From NCBI RefSeq assembly GCF_006345805.1, contig NC_043008.1, forward strand, positions 16,182,001 through 16,246,000: a stretch of DNA of 64,000 bases. Direction: 5' to 3'. Made by a program: the position numbers and the translations under genes. The stretch is from Octopus sinensis. Taxonomy: Eukaryota. How positions within the stretch are numbered: the stretch's first letter is position 1; every line of letters starts with the position of its first letter. A model generated the notes under the pieces. The model was not told the origin of the DNA. It did not search any database and was given only the letters and a program-made list of their open reading frames with translations. Shown here one piece after another: positions 12,555-26,437 of this stretch.

Positions 12555-13185
12555 CACTCGAGGAAAGCATCTCGGCTCTCCCGCCACACTTTCCCTTTTT
12601 CAAGTGAAATTTGTAAAAGTTCGATGGGGGCTCTAACGAATAGGAATGTCTCCTTCCCCATGCCTTTCAGCCGTATCCACCAGACAACCTGTGTCGTCAC
12701 TGCCACTAGGTAAATGAAAACAGCCTTACCTGCCCCAGCAAAAGAAGGAGGCGAGACATTCATCACTATGGACTCGGCCGATAGACGGATCTGTCCCACC
12801 CAGATAGCAGCTGTTGTACATAACAATGCCCAGACACTGAACTAGTGCGTGAAGAATGGTTTCGTATCTGTGCCTGCACATCGGACATGACTGTCTGACA
12901 GCACATCTGTGCTTCTATAATTTGTCTTGAACAGTTACGGACACTCGGTAGCATTGCCAGGTCATGGATATCTGGAAATTATCCATTGAAGATCCCGACT
13001 AGACAGTTCTCCGTCCGAGGAACTTCGTCATACTTCTCCACCGCTAATTCTCTGTATATAGCTAAAGTGGAACATCTCCCGTTCCCATTGCCAGACTGGT
13101 AGTGGCTTGTGAGCACCTGGCTGTATGTTACGTGGCAGGCGCCTAGACTCCGTCTCTCAATTACCAAGGACTGCATCTCCATCCA
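12555..13185 (-). mobile_element. Tx1/L1-clade LINE ORF2 C-terminal fragment (zinc-knuckle region)
   Basis: Minus strand reads WQCYRVSVTVQDKL*KHRCAVRQSCPMCRHRYETILHALVQC, i.e. the CPxC..ETxxHxxxxC motif of L1/Tx1 ORF2; stops and frameshifts present. Confidence 0.8.
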
Positions 13186-13269
13186 AGAGACGAGCTGCGT
13201 GCAAAGAAAGGCAGTATCACCAAAATCTTAGAGCAGAAGAAATTAATAGAATAAAGGAAAGAATATGTA

Positions 13270-13354
<85 letters not shown>

Positions 13355-13467
13355 GTGAGTCCCCGTGGGTATATAGACAGTCGGTGTATCCGTTTCTGAA
13401 GTTGTATCGAAAGTCTCTCCATATATCCCTAACAAAGCGATTACCTTACCTTCAATTGCCTTCCGAT

Positions 13468-13779
13468 GTGGAGGCACATGGCCTAGTGGTTAGAGCAGAG
13501 GACTCGCGGTCGAGGGATCGCGGGTTCGAATCTCAGACCGGGCGATGCGTGTGTTTATGAGCGAAATACCTAAGCTCCACGCATCTCCGGCAGAAGGTAA
13601 TGGCGAAACTTCTGCTGACTCTTTCGCCACAACCTTTTCTCGCTCTTTCCTCCTGCATCTTGCAGCTCACCTGCGACGGACCGGTGTCCCGTCCAGGTGG
13701 GGAACCTACCCGCTAAGAAACCGGGAAACCGGACTTAATGAGACAGGCATGGCTCGAGAAGGGACAAACAACAAAATAA
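13468..13779 (+). mobile_element. SINE family B, body type 2, with a 14-bp TSD
   Basis: TGGCCTAGTGG / GGTTCGAATCT boxes; AATTGC(C/T)TTCCGAT at 13454-13467 and 13780-13793; (CAA)n-like tail. Confidence 0.92.
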
Positions 13780-14294
13780 AATTGCTTTCCGATCGGTTAG
13801 AGAAAGAGTTGCATCTTTCGTATGGAAGTAATGCCCCCCCCCCCCTCGGAGATACATAATACTTTAGTAGAGGTACATGTAGAGATGCTGGTGATCTTTT
13901 GTACTCTAAGAGTCAGAACATGAAAACATGACACATTTGTCTGCCCACCAGACTGTATAGAAGGAATTGTCGCAGAGAAAATAATTGGCAAACTGATGAC
14001 GAGTTGTGATCATACAGTCAGGTATGGTTAGTGTTTGTGGCGAGCGTATGTTTCTTGAGTGAAAGACAAAAGACATCATTTTACCCTTTGATATTCAGAA
14101 TCGTTTGAAAATGCTTTCTTAAACAATTACCAATATAATTGCCTCAACAGGTGTCGGAGTGTACACATGGCCGAGCTCCAGCTGAATGTTAAGGCAATCT
14201 TTCATTAATTATAGTGACTTAATGATACAATAGATAATGATGCCATGGTTCTTTATTATTCATTTGGATTCCAGCTGTTATTGTCAACCGTGAT

Positions 14295-14336
<42 letters not shown>

Positions 14337-14357
14337 TATGTATATATGTATATTATA

Positions 14358-14401
<44 letters not shown>

Positions 14402-14636
14402 CAATTAATAAATAAAAATATGCATATATACATACATATATGTACATACCTACATCTATATGCATATATACATATATGAGTACAGGACACCACAAATACA
14501 CGTAGAACACAACGAGAAACGAAAACAGAAACAAAACAAGGAAACGGCCTTTTTTAACAACGAAAAAACAGAGTACAAGACAAACAACAGAGGGAACATT
14601 CCCCTTCTTCAGCTGCCCCTGTTTCGGCTCAATGCA

Positions 14637-14844
14637 TAGAGGGGCAACCACTATGTGGACACCCTTATGCTAGAAATAGAGCCGCTATGGTCTTACCACT
14701 CAGAAATGTTCCCAAGAAAAATTTAGCAAAACAACCAAAACGTTTTGGTTGTTTGCTAAATTTTTCTTGAGAACATTTCTTAGTGCTAAGACCATAGCGG
14801 ATCTATTTCTAGCATAAGGGTGTCCACATAGTGATTTCCCTCTA
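14637..14844. repeat. 208-bp spacerless imperfect palindrome within a Penelope-like remnant
   Basis: Arms of about 104 bp with roughly 8 differences by eye, centred on AAAACGTTTT. Confidence 0.95.
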
Positions 14845-14983
14845 ATATGTATATAATACAATTTTACTGAACCTTCAGTTTTTTTTATATGCTAGACCAA
14901 TGGTGTGAATTCTTTGTTAATTAAATAAATATCTAATTTCTCACCCTCATTTTAAATTTATATATATATATATATATATGTAT

Positions 14984-15205
14984 ATTGGTAAAAACGGTAA
15001 GATAACAAAAGAATGAGACCTCAATATTATGTAAATAGAGGAAATTTATCTGTAAGTTAAGATGTGACCATTATTCAATAGCCAAGATAAAACTTAAGAT
15101 GGCCATATAACCGAAGTGATGGTGTTGTGGATTTCCTCTTCGGCATCCGAAACTTAGAGTTTTATCTTGGCTATTGAATAATGGCCACATATTAATTTAC
15201 AGGTA
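14984..15205. mobile_element. Penelope-like terminal fragment with inverted arms and a hammerhead-like motif
   Basis: Arms 15050-15094 and 15158-15202; homologous to 1415-1605. Confidence 0.7.
15101..15171 (+). ncRNA. Degenerate type I hammerhead-like motif with a long loop 2
   Basis: ATAA-CCGAAGT-GATG..CATC-CGAAAC-TTAGA-GTT-TTAT; stem I ATAA/TTAT, stem II GATG/CATC; core departs from CUGAnGA at two positions. Confidence 0.45.
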
Positions 15206-16549
15206 TATATATATATATAATATATATATATATATATAGAAGCGTTGTGTGTGCGCGTGTGCATATGAGTGGTTGTGATGTAATAGACTAGACAAGTACA
15301 TCTGTATATGATTCAAATGACTTAAAATTTCCTCTTCATAAATCTATGGCAAATTGTAAAATGTGTTTACGTTTTTCAAAAGATCCACTAACAAAGCATA
15401 GCTACACTTAGAAGCTGTCAGTGTTTGGTTACCTCAGTAAGCAACGCACCAATTTCAATCATTTCAGATCAGTACTTCATATTCCATATCTGATATATTT
15501 CAAATATTACAAGTTTTTTTTTAGCAAATAGTTTTTGACAACAAATCTTTTTCCAGCTCCGAGAGAATGAAGTCGGACTCATTATATTCTTCTCAGGCAT
15601 TCATTAATTCCATTGTCTTAAGTCTCATCAGATACAAATTGTTTCCCATACACAAAGTAATTATATGATTTCAACTCATAAATGAAAAAAACTTTTATAC
15701 AATTTATATTTCCTTTCTTCGTTCGTGTAAAGCTCAACTCTTTCTCTTTTATGTTATTGTAAATAGGTTTTGGAAGAAATTCAAAGTTGATTGCTAAGAT
15801 TAAGAAAGCTAACTCTTCTGCAGTCAGTTGTCAGTTCATATCTGACGTATATTCCCCACGCATTGCCGTTTGATAGAAATTATTTTACATCTTCTGCTGA
15901 AGTACTCGTTGAACTGTGCATAACTGTCATATTTGAATGACCGTTTAGTCCTAAACAACTTGTAAAAACACACTTTTGTGTTTGCATAACATACACAATG
16001 GTAATTTTGAACAGATAAAATGTATTTTTCTTTCTGCTTATTGTTATTATGGCATGTTATCAATTGACATATATTCCTTTCTTTTTATTGTCTACGTTGA
16101 ATCGTACAGAAACAATTCGTTGTATTTCTCGCGAGAGAAGTTTAACCAAATCATGCACATTCGTCTAAATAAATTTATATTTGTAATCCAATGTGTGAAA
16201 CGTAAAACATGTACAGGACACTTTAAGGATATTTTTAATTTAAGAAACAAACAATGAACTATTACCGCTTTGATATAATAAAACGCCAGAAACATTATTC
16301 TTGATTACTTAAGAAACGTAAGGTATTCATAAAACCGTATAACAAAGCAATATACTATCTTCAACAGTTATCAATAACCGGGAAAGAGAATACGTTTCCT
16401 AGACGTTAATATATATATATATTATATATATATATATATATATAATATATATATATATAATTAGGATTCAGCCCCAAAAAATTACTTTACCACACACCGA
16501 ACTTTTAGATTTCAGCAAAAAAAAAAATTCAGCAAATATATATATAATA

Positions 16550-16581
<32 letters not shown>

Positions 16582-16895
16582 TTCCTAGGAGTTAACGCAT
16601 ATAAATATGTCCTGGAAGAGATAATGATTTTAATGCAATTTTCTGTTTTAATTTTGATTATGAAGTCATGTGCTACATTTCACAAAATTGATATCAGAAC
16701 TAAGATTATGTTTTAACCAATATTAATTATGCTTCTGCAGATTCTGATGATGCGGATTTTGCTAAATCCGTTGCTCAACATAATATAACATAGTGTTCCA
16801 GTTATTTGGTGATTTCTTCATATGACCTGCCTCTAAAACTGGGGCAATAACCTGGGCGTGTTTGTACACTCTCGCGTTTATATATATGTATATAT

Positions 16896-17019
<124 letters not shown>

Positions 17020-19079
17020 ATAATAAAACATTATAATTCTGCATGTATATGATGAAGTGATTGTTTTTTTTAAATTAGCAACTGGCTAGCTTTAGGAATC
17101 TGGCACTAAGAGGCAAACTTTATCACACACTTATTGCAAATTCTAGAATTATGAATATTTTTCTATTTTCGGATAAGAAACTTTTATGGAGCATATTTAA
17201 TAATAATTTTCACACACTTAAGTCTGGAAACAGGGAACAAATGCCTACCAGACTTACTTTTTCTCTATTACTTCAAGATATTCTTAATCATTCAAATCAA
17301 CTTGAATACCTTAAATGGGATCTTATGTAAATTTTACAACTGACCCTTGTTTCTAAACCCTTGTTTTATATATAAAAAGCTCGTTTTAAAAGTCCCGAAT
17401 ATTTGGTAGAAACACGATGCCATGAACTACAGGCATTTCAAGTATCTATATTGTACAAAAGACCTGTCAAATAAGATTCTAAAGCAATTTTCATGCGACA
17501 TTTGGGACCTATATTTTTTTCGTAGTTTGAGAAATATCATTACTTTTCAATACGAAGAGAAATTTTATTAGCAATGATGTCAGCAGCTGCAGGTGTGTAA
17601 ACAAAATACACAGAAGACCAGGTTACTAGCAAAGTTTTCTCACTAATGACAATCGATGGCTTAACAAATGGTTATTTTCGGAAACACACCATTCAAAAAC
17701 ACAAATTTGTGCGAATTATTTTGAGTCTACAGTCATTGCAAACATAAGCAAAGTGATCTAGGAAATTGTACAACTGATTATCAACACTTATCATTAGATT
17801 TAAATCACCTGCATACAAACGATCTCTCTGTATTTCGCTTCAGACATACAATCATTATTTGGTAGAACTGAGGTCAATTTCCTCTTTCAGGAAATACTTT
17901 TGCAATAGATTAGCCTTTTCACCAGGGCAACAATTTTCTCTCAAAACATTTAAGTTTGAAAACGGAAAAAAAAAATACTGAAGGAAGTTTTTAAAGTAGC
18001 ATATCGGATAAAAGGATTAACGAATTTGCAGATATATACAATATCAAAGATCATATACTATGTGGTAAATTCTGAATTATTTAGCTAAATCTCTTATTTA
18101 AAACTGCATCTAACGTATCATTTAGTGAGAATTTCCATAGTGATGACACTAAGTTTAACAACAAAGGACACAAAAGAAAAAGATAAATCACTCCAATACT
18201 GACAAGTTTTTGCCTCTCAATTTAGCTACAAGAAAATACTATTTCAAAACAGATCAGCGCAGTCCAATTAGAGAGGATAATTATACAAAATTAGAAAACA
18301 TTATCCTTGCATTTTGTTGATAGAAATCTAAACTTGGAAATTGAATTAAAGAAATAAAATCACCTATCACTGAAGGAACAAAGAATGAGAACAAAACAGC
18401 AAAATTACAAGCTAAATACGCAGGCAATGGAGGTTCCTTTGCTCAAAATAAAATCAAATGATAAAGAAAAACTTGGCCTGTGTTTTCTCCTAATAATATT
18501 AATATTTTTTTCGCACATAATAAAGCTACAGTTTTCAAAGATTTTTTTCTTTTGTTACACACCATGTATATGTACGTGATTAGCATTCTCCATTTCTAAT
18601 GTGTTATTTATATATTTGCTTATTTATGTATTTATTTGCGATAATGAATACAAAAATCAAAATAATAATAAACACAAACTAGATATCAAACAAAAGGAAG
18701 AAAACAAAGGAAAAGGAAAGCAAAAAAAAAAGCCATGAACACGGTGCGAAAATAATGTTACTTTTCCAAGTCTGTAATGCAGCTTAAAATAGTATAAAAG
18801 AAATGAAAAATAACATTGTAATATACTGACATTTATTGCAGAAATCAGACTCTGTAGGGGAAACTATTCTCTCTTCAGACATTTGATGATGAGAAATCGA
18901 TATGGTTAAAATGTAAAAAAGATGTTTCGTGTCAACCACGGTCATAGGATTCCGTGACTTTCCAAGAAAACCTTTCGAATTCCAAGTCTTTTGAGGAATC
19001 TTTAATACGTTCTTTCTTTACACCGCAGTTTTATACTGATTACAAACAGGAATAGAATATAACCAGGATGTTTGAGGAG

Positions 19080-19128
<49 letters not shown>

Positions 19129-19129
19129 T

Positions 19130-19161
<32 letters not shown>

Positions 19162-19181
19162 TATCTATACACAGAGAGCCC

Positions 19182-19227
<46 letters not shown>

Positions 19228-19275
19228 CGTGTCACTTAGCTGAATAAGAACAGAAAAATGCATATGCATATATAC

Positions 19276-19343
<68 letters not shown>

Positions 19344-20000
19344 CACGTTATACATACATATGCAGAATTATATATACATATATATATATGTTCACATAAT
19401 ACATATACACATACAAATATATATATACACGCATATATATATATACGCATATAATATACATATATGTACATATGCATATATATCATATATATGTAAGTGT
19501 GTATCAATGCATGCGTTTGTCTATAACTGGGTATGTATGTATGTGTGAATCAAAGTGTATAAAAGAATAAAATGAACTAAAAAAACTTCTTTCTCAAAAG
19601 AGAGTATAAAATATATGTTATATGGCAATCATTCACACACGCAGAGTAGTAAACAGTATGTCTGATCATGTATATGCATATATATAAGCCAATAAAGAAA
19701 TAAATATATATACATATATATATAATATATATATATATATTATATATATATTAATATATATATATATATATATAATACATACGTACAATGCATACATATA
19801 TGTAGGTAGGAACACATATACATAAATATATGCATAAATATATAGGCAATCATATATATATATATGTTTGCAAATTCATCTACATAGATTCAATGTCGAT
19901 TCTATATACATGTAGACATTCAATCTTTATTAATTATTTTTCCTCATTCACACAGAACCACTACACATAACGTACGAGGCCAAAGCCAAGTTGATGCGTG

Positions 20001-20016
20001 TCTATCTATCTATCTA

Positions 20017-20053
<37 letters not shown>

Positions 20054-20096
20054 ATTTAAATATCGTTCTTTCTTTCTATCTTTCTATCTATGTATC

Positions 20097-20153
<57 letters not shown>

Positions 20154-20250
20154 GTCTATCTATCTATCTATTTAAATATCGTTCTTTCTTTCTATCTATC
20201 TATCTATCTATCTATCTATTTTTGAATCTATCTATCTATCTGTTTATCTA
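20001..20250. repeat. (TATC)n/(TA)n compound microsatellite with a duplicated unique spacer
   Basis: TCTATTTAAATATCGTTCTTTCTTTCTATC occurs twice. Confidence 0.9.
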
Positions 20251-20527
20251 CAATATATATAAATATATGTAACTTTATACATTATACATATTATATATAT
20301 ATATATATATTATGTATATATTCATCATTTGATATATATACACACACATACATATATACATAATATATATATATATATTATATATATATTGTGTGTGTAT
20401 ATATTCATCATTTGATATATATACACACACAACACACTATATATATATATATATATATATGTATCTGTTCATCTATTGATATATATCATATATATATATA
20501 TATATATATGTATCTATTCATCTATTG

Positions 20528-20575
<48 letters not shown>

Positions 20576-20604
20576 ATATATATATAATATATATATATAT
20601 ATAC

Positions 20605-20645
<41 letters not shown>

Positions 20646-21200
20646 TCATGTAGATATGTCTATCTGGTTGTCCATATACATACATGCATGCAAACTTACA
20701 CACAGACAGAGACCCACATACGCACAAGTTTTCTTTTTCAATAAAAAGACACCGCCTATATAAAGATTGTAAGAAGAAATTTAACTATAAATGAGTATGG
20801 ATATGCATGTGTAATTAGGTATATGTTTTGATGTCTTCTCCCTGTGTATTTGTTTTGTAAGGGAGGTATGTGGCATTAAATTATTTGTGTGCGTGCGTGT
20901 ATATTTGTATATAAACGTCAGATGACATATATGCGCAACAGTGAATATTTCTCTCTGTGTGAATAAGAAAATAGAAACTGCGTACTACGTTGACATGCGA
21001 TATACGCGAAATGTGATGAAGTGATGTACAATTTTGTTACTTAAAACTTCTAAAAGTTCACCAGATTAATCTTATCTCTTCACGCCATGTTTTTCTAAAT
21101 ATATATATATATATATAGGTGTGTGTGTGTGTGTAGACGTATATATAAATATATATACACACACATATATATCATATATATATATGTATACAGATGTATA

Positions 21201-21234
<34 letters not shown>

Positions 21235-21380
21235 TATATGTATGAATGTATATATATATATATATATTTATATACATATATATGTATATATATGTATATA
21301 CTTATATATATATATATATATATATATTATGTATATCTATGTTTATATGTATGTATGTGTGTGTATATATATACATATAC

Positions 21381-21448
<68 letters not shown>

Positions 21449-21903
21449 TGTATGTATGTATGTATATATGTATGTATGCAAATATCACACTAGTGTTTCG
21501 AAAAAGTCATTAGCAGCACAGCTATAGGAGATAACGTGACATATTAAAAATTGTAACATCGGTGACATGTACATATGTATATATGTATATATACGCGCAC
21601 ACATACATATATATGTGTTAGCACATATCATATATCAATATATGTGTGTGTGTATGTGTGTGTGCTTGTGTGCTTTATGTGTGAATAGCTGTGTTTATAT
21701 GTATACGTATTTCTTATTGATGTGCTATTTTCGTCTCCTACTGTTATACGCCTTTGTTTAGTTGCATCCCCGTAACTTATTACTATGAGCCAAAAAGTTA
21801 CCAACTAAACTTAACATTTGGTACTTTTGTGATTTGCTTACTCTAAATCTTGTTACCTGAGCTCCAACTTACGCGTAATACAATGATGGTATCGATTTAA
21901 ACA

Positions 21904-21971
<68 letters not shown>

Positions 21972-22016
21972 ATATAATATATATATATATATATTATATA
22001 ATATATATATATATAT

Positions 22017-22350
22017 TCTTTTATTCCTATGTATTAGTTGTTTCAGTCATTTGATTGCGGTCATGCTGGAGCACCGCCTTTAGTCAAACAAATAAACCCC
22101 AGGACATAGTGTTTATAAACCTAGTACTTATTTTATCCGTCGTTTTTTGCCGAACGGTGGGTTAATGGGGGCGCAAACACGCCAACATCACTTGCCAAGC
22201 GATGGTGACAGACATATACACACAAATGTATACATCTATGTATATGACAGGCTTCTTTCACTTTCCATCTACCAAATCCACTCACAAGGCTATGATCGGC
22301 TCGGAGCTATAGCAGAAGACACTTGTCCAAGGTGCTATGCAGTGGGACTC
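22017..22350 (-). mobile_element. SINE family A, diverged, 5' truncated
   Basis: TTTCAGTCATTTGATTGCGGTCATGCTGGAGCACCGCC...GCAGTGGGACT. Confidence 0.9.
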
Positions 22351-23499
22351 TAGCTGTGAGTATGTGTGAGAATACGTTTCTTCACTGCGTGTGACATCTT
22401 AAATGCATATCTATGCGTCTACAATTCATTTCAATCTTTAAGAAACATATCAAAAAATGATCCCCATAATGTCCAACATCACCATAACCTCTCACTCAAA
22501 AAATGTGCAATTCGCTGCTGCTAGTAATATTCGAAAACAAACAAAGATGTTAATAACAGCTTCGATCAAGGGAAAGAATACCTTCTACACGCTGTACAAA
22601 AGTATCTAAAACAAAAGCCATCGCATGAAAGTGACTAAGATCAACATATAGAAATCCCTCGCTCGGACTACACTTTTGTGCGGCTTATAGTCGTGGCTCA
22701 TTTATCAGCACTACCTGCTACTCTGTGATCTATCTCATCAACGTTGCTTTCGCATCACCCTTAGTATTCACTGGAGTGACGATGCCTCAAATGACATGGT
22801 CTTACAGCAGATCTCGTCACCTGAATGGAGGAACAGCGATTGTACAAGATTAGACACTGTGGTAAATTGTCATTTGGCAACCTTTATAGAAGATTACTAA
22901 AGAATAAGTACAAAAACTCCATAAAGAAATCTGTTGGCGCCTGTCAAGTTGATTGCAAACAGTGTTCTGTTCTTGTGCATTATCTTCGAGCCTGGCTTTT
23001 CATTAAGCAAAAGAAAAAGATAAGGATACTACGAGTAATCCCGAGCAAGCCTCAATCCTATGCAGAATCAAACATATCCAAAAATACAAATGAGATCTAT
23101 TAATTTTGGATTCGCTAGTGCTGGTGGTCTGGCATGGTTTGTCCGGTGTTACATATATCGGACGGGTATGTTTGATTTTTAGTACTTTCAAATCTAAATC
23201 AGAAGAAATCTCTGAGCTGATGAAGGAAATGTTGGCGTTTAATCAACTAATCCAGAAACAGGCTTGTCCTCGGGTATCTCATATGGGTGTGTTCTTTCGT
23301 TGTTTTTCCCTTATACCAATGTGAGTTATTTCTGAGTATGCATTGTTTGGGAGACTTTTTCTTGCAGTGGAAGAAATAGCCAAATTGCTGGCTGCTATTT
23401 CTAAAAAGCTCGGTGTGTGGTAAAGTAAATTATTTTACTTTACCCTATTTTTATAAAGTAATATATATATATATATATATATATATTTTCACCATGTGT

Positions 23500-23710
23500 A
23501 CTTCGTAAACACCAGTCGTATTTTTCTCCATCGCTTGTTGCCCACTTTGGGATCTTTCTTTCCTCTCTCTTCCTTCTATATGTTTCCGACGAAGAGCTCC
23601 GCTCGAAACGTCATACCTTCCTGCTTCCATATTTCCTGAGCGCCTATTAATAATAATACTGTAATTATTCCACTGTGTTGTTTTTTTTGTTTTCCCGTTT
23701 GGATTAAAAT
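23500..23710 (+). mobile_element. Penelope-like pLTR-type module between (TA)n tracts
   Basis: Contains GTTT-CCGACGA-A-GAGC/TCC/GCTC-GAAAC-GTC; layout parallels 61-175. Confidence 0.6.
23582..23616 (+). ncRNA. Minimal hammerhead-like motif (U4>C variant, GUC cleavage triplet)
   Basis: Core CCGACGA, stem II GAGC/GCTC, GAAAC GTC, stem I GTTT/ATAC with one mismatch. Confidence 0.55.
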
Positions 23711-23731
23711 TATATATATATATATTATATG

Positions 23732-23773
<42 letters not shown>

Positions 23774-23782
23774 GTATATATT

Positions 23783-23813
<31 letters not shown>

Positions 23814-24942
23814 GAATGTATGCATGTATGTATGTATGTATGTATGTGTCTGTGTATGTGTGTGTGTGTGTGTGTGGCAATATATTTTGTTTACTCAAAT
23901 TACGAACAAGTATTGGAAATTTGAAGGATGTCATCTTCTAGATTACGTTGCATATAAGATAACAGTTATTTGACAACATAATTGTCATTCCAATGGGATC
24001 TATAAGCACAGAATAGTGGGAACACTTAACAAAATGAAGAAACCACCGAAGTCTCAAAGGTTTGATTTTATGCAAAGTATGGTACAGGAAGAATTCAAAG
24101 TGAAATTTAAATCCATCAAACATAACGAAATAGATTAAACTGATTTATATAATCGAATATTCAAAATCAATGGAGAATTACTCTCTTGCCATAAGCAAAA
24201 CAGAACCAAACATTAAACTTCTTCGTTTCAACAGTGACCTAGAATATGAAAATAATTTCCTTGAAGGCAGTAGCATATGACAGTATACGTGGTCCCTCGT
24301 GGTTAGCAATAATTCATCTGAAATATAGACTTTTGTTAGATTTATTTCATTGGGTTCATTTTCATTATATATAAATATATGTCTGTGTGCGCGCAGGTGA
24401 GTGTGCGTGGGTTCGCACGCACACATATGTGCATGTATATCTATCTATCTATCTATCTATATGTATATATAAATATATGTATATATGTATATATATATAT
24501 ATATGTACTTTTTTGTTTCGAAAAAATTTTATCCTACATTAGATATAAATTTAATAGTGGTCACTTCCGGACTCTCCCACTCTGTGAGTGCCTCAGTTCA
24601 AATCGCACCTGTCTTGAATGGGCTGGAGTATTTCTATTTTGGATTTATATGGGGTACTTAGTTGTGCTCATGACTTAGTGTTTGCTTCTTCCATGGGTAT
24701 GAGTAAGTATCTCATTTACTTCTTTGCTACATGTATCATTGACGAAGGAGGTTTCTTTTTGAACTAACCCTGAAATTGGTTCGATATGGTAATAATGGAA
24801 ATTTTTAGAGATTTCTGTCGACCTTTTTTCGAGTAGCGTGCGTACTGGGGAAAAAAACTATATGGTAAATGGACAATATGTCCAATTTTCGGCATATTTG
24901 GCATTAGAAAATTTTTACTTTTGCCCTTATTTATAAGTTGTG

Positions 24943-25008
<66 letters not shown>

Positions 25009-26148
25009 ATATATATACATATTATTATTATTATTGCGTGTGTTTAATACATTTACAATAATAGTGCTTCATCCCGCTAGGTTTCCTCGAACTTTTGGCG
25101 TCACTGCCATCCCTATTCTTGTAAATGCATATTAAATATGCACTTACAAACATATTCAGTAAACTTACATTTTAATACTAACTCAGCAAAAATAAAAAAA
25201 CCAAACAATCAAGCAAACACTCTCAAACACAGAAGCTGTGGAGTGCAGCAAGTTACTGCTTCTGCTATGGAGTGTGTCTTATCTCAGAACACATGGTATT
25301 GAGGATTTATTAAACCCTTCAGCGCAGAACTGATAATTAGATGATATTCAGGGAACATATTCAACGATGTTTATCTACAAAGCTTATTGTAATACTTTGA
25401 AAATCTCGAGAACATTCCTCCCGTTTATGAGACCACTGTCATTACCATCAATACGTGATTTGTTTAATATTCCAAATGCGGTTGAATTTCAATTTATTTA
25501 CTGTGATTTTTCGAAAAAAAATCCATATCGATGTTAAGTAAATTACCTCCTGGACACCTTTTCCATTAGTTTTCCAATCGTATCAAATCAGTACGTGTTT
25601 TATATACTTTGTTAATGCCTAGTGCATGGCCTAAGAAAAAAAAAACGATTTCTTTGAATCTAATACGATGCAACATTGATTCCCAATATGTTTATTAATG
25701 GCATACATATATGTGGTATAAATGGGGTATACACGCATATTTTGAGCATATTTTCGTAACAATCAAATAACCTATATCTACTAAACTACTGAATAAACTT
25801 TATTTTTCTTAGTTATTTTATGCTATGATAGCTGAAACTACTGTTGCTTATTATTAGAATAATTTTATAAAAACATAGTTTACCTCAATTAAAACACTGT
25901 CAAGTTAAAACAAGGAGAGGTTGCATTGGATCGTTGAGATCTATAAAAAGTGTAGCTGATCTGGAAAAGGGAAAGAGTGATATTTATGACTGGTTTGTTA
26001 TGATCATAAATGTGTACTATGAATATTTCGGGCTGACATATCCGCATCAAACACTTCACTCTCTGTAATTTCGTGCTAAGCCGTGACGCTTGTTATAACT
26101 CTAAACATATGAAGTTATAACGGCTGCTGATATTATAGAAATTACTAA

Positions 26149-26335
26149 GGCGGTGAGTTGGCAGATTCCTTAGGGTATCGGACAAAAGGCTTCGCGATGT
26201 TCAATCCCTCTATACATGTAGTGTTCAAATTCCGCCGCAGTCGAATCTGCTTTTCACCCTTTCGGGCTCGATGAAATAGATATCAGTTGAGCTCCCCCAT
26301 AATTTCAACTTGTCTGCCTGTATTAGAAAGGATTA
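26149..26335 (+). mobile_element. SINE family C, diverged
   Basis: GGCGGTGAGTTGGCAGA..GTTCAAATTCCGCC..GCTTTTCACCCTTTCGGGCTCGATGAAATA; similar to 44056-44278(-) and 49711-49875. Confidence 0.8.
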
Positions 26336-26437
26336 TTATATAGATTACAAATCAAATATCCCTGCTCAATTTGCTTGACTCGTTATTAGATGTAGTTTCG
26401 TAAGAATCGTATTTTTGCAGCTTTAAATGTTGGTATT

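Noticed and set aside
13468-13545. tRNA-like sequence (also at 6151, 9829, 26829, 32444)
   Set aside because: These are SINE heads: no complete acceptor stem, and they continue into SINE bodies, some with TSDs
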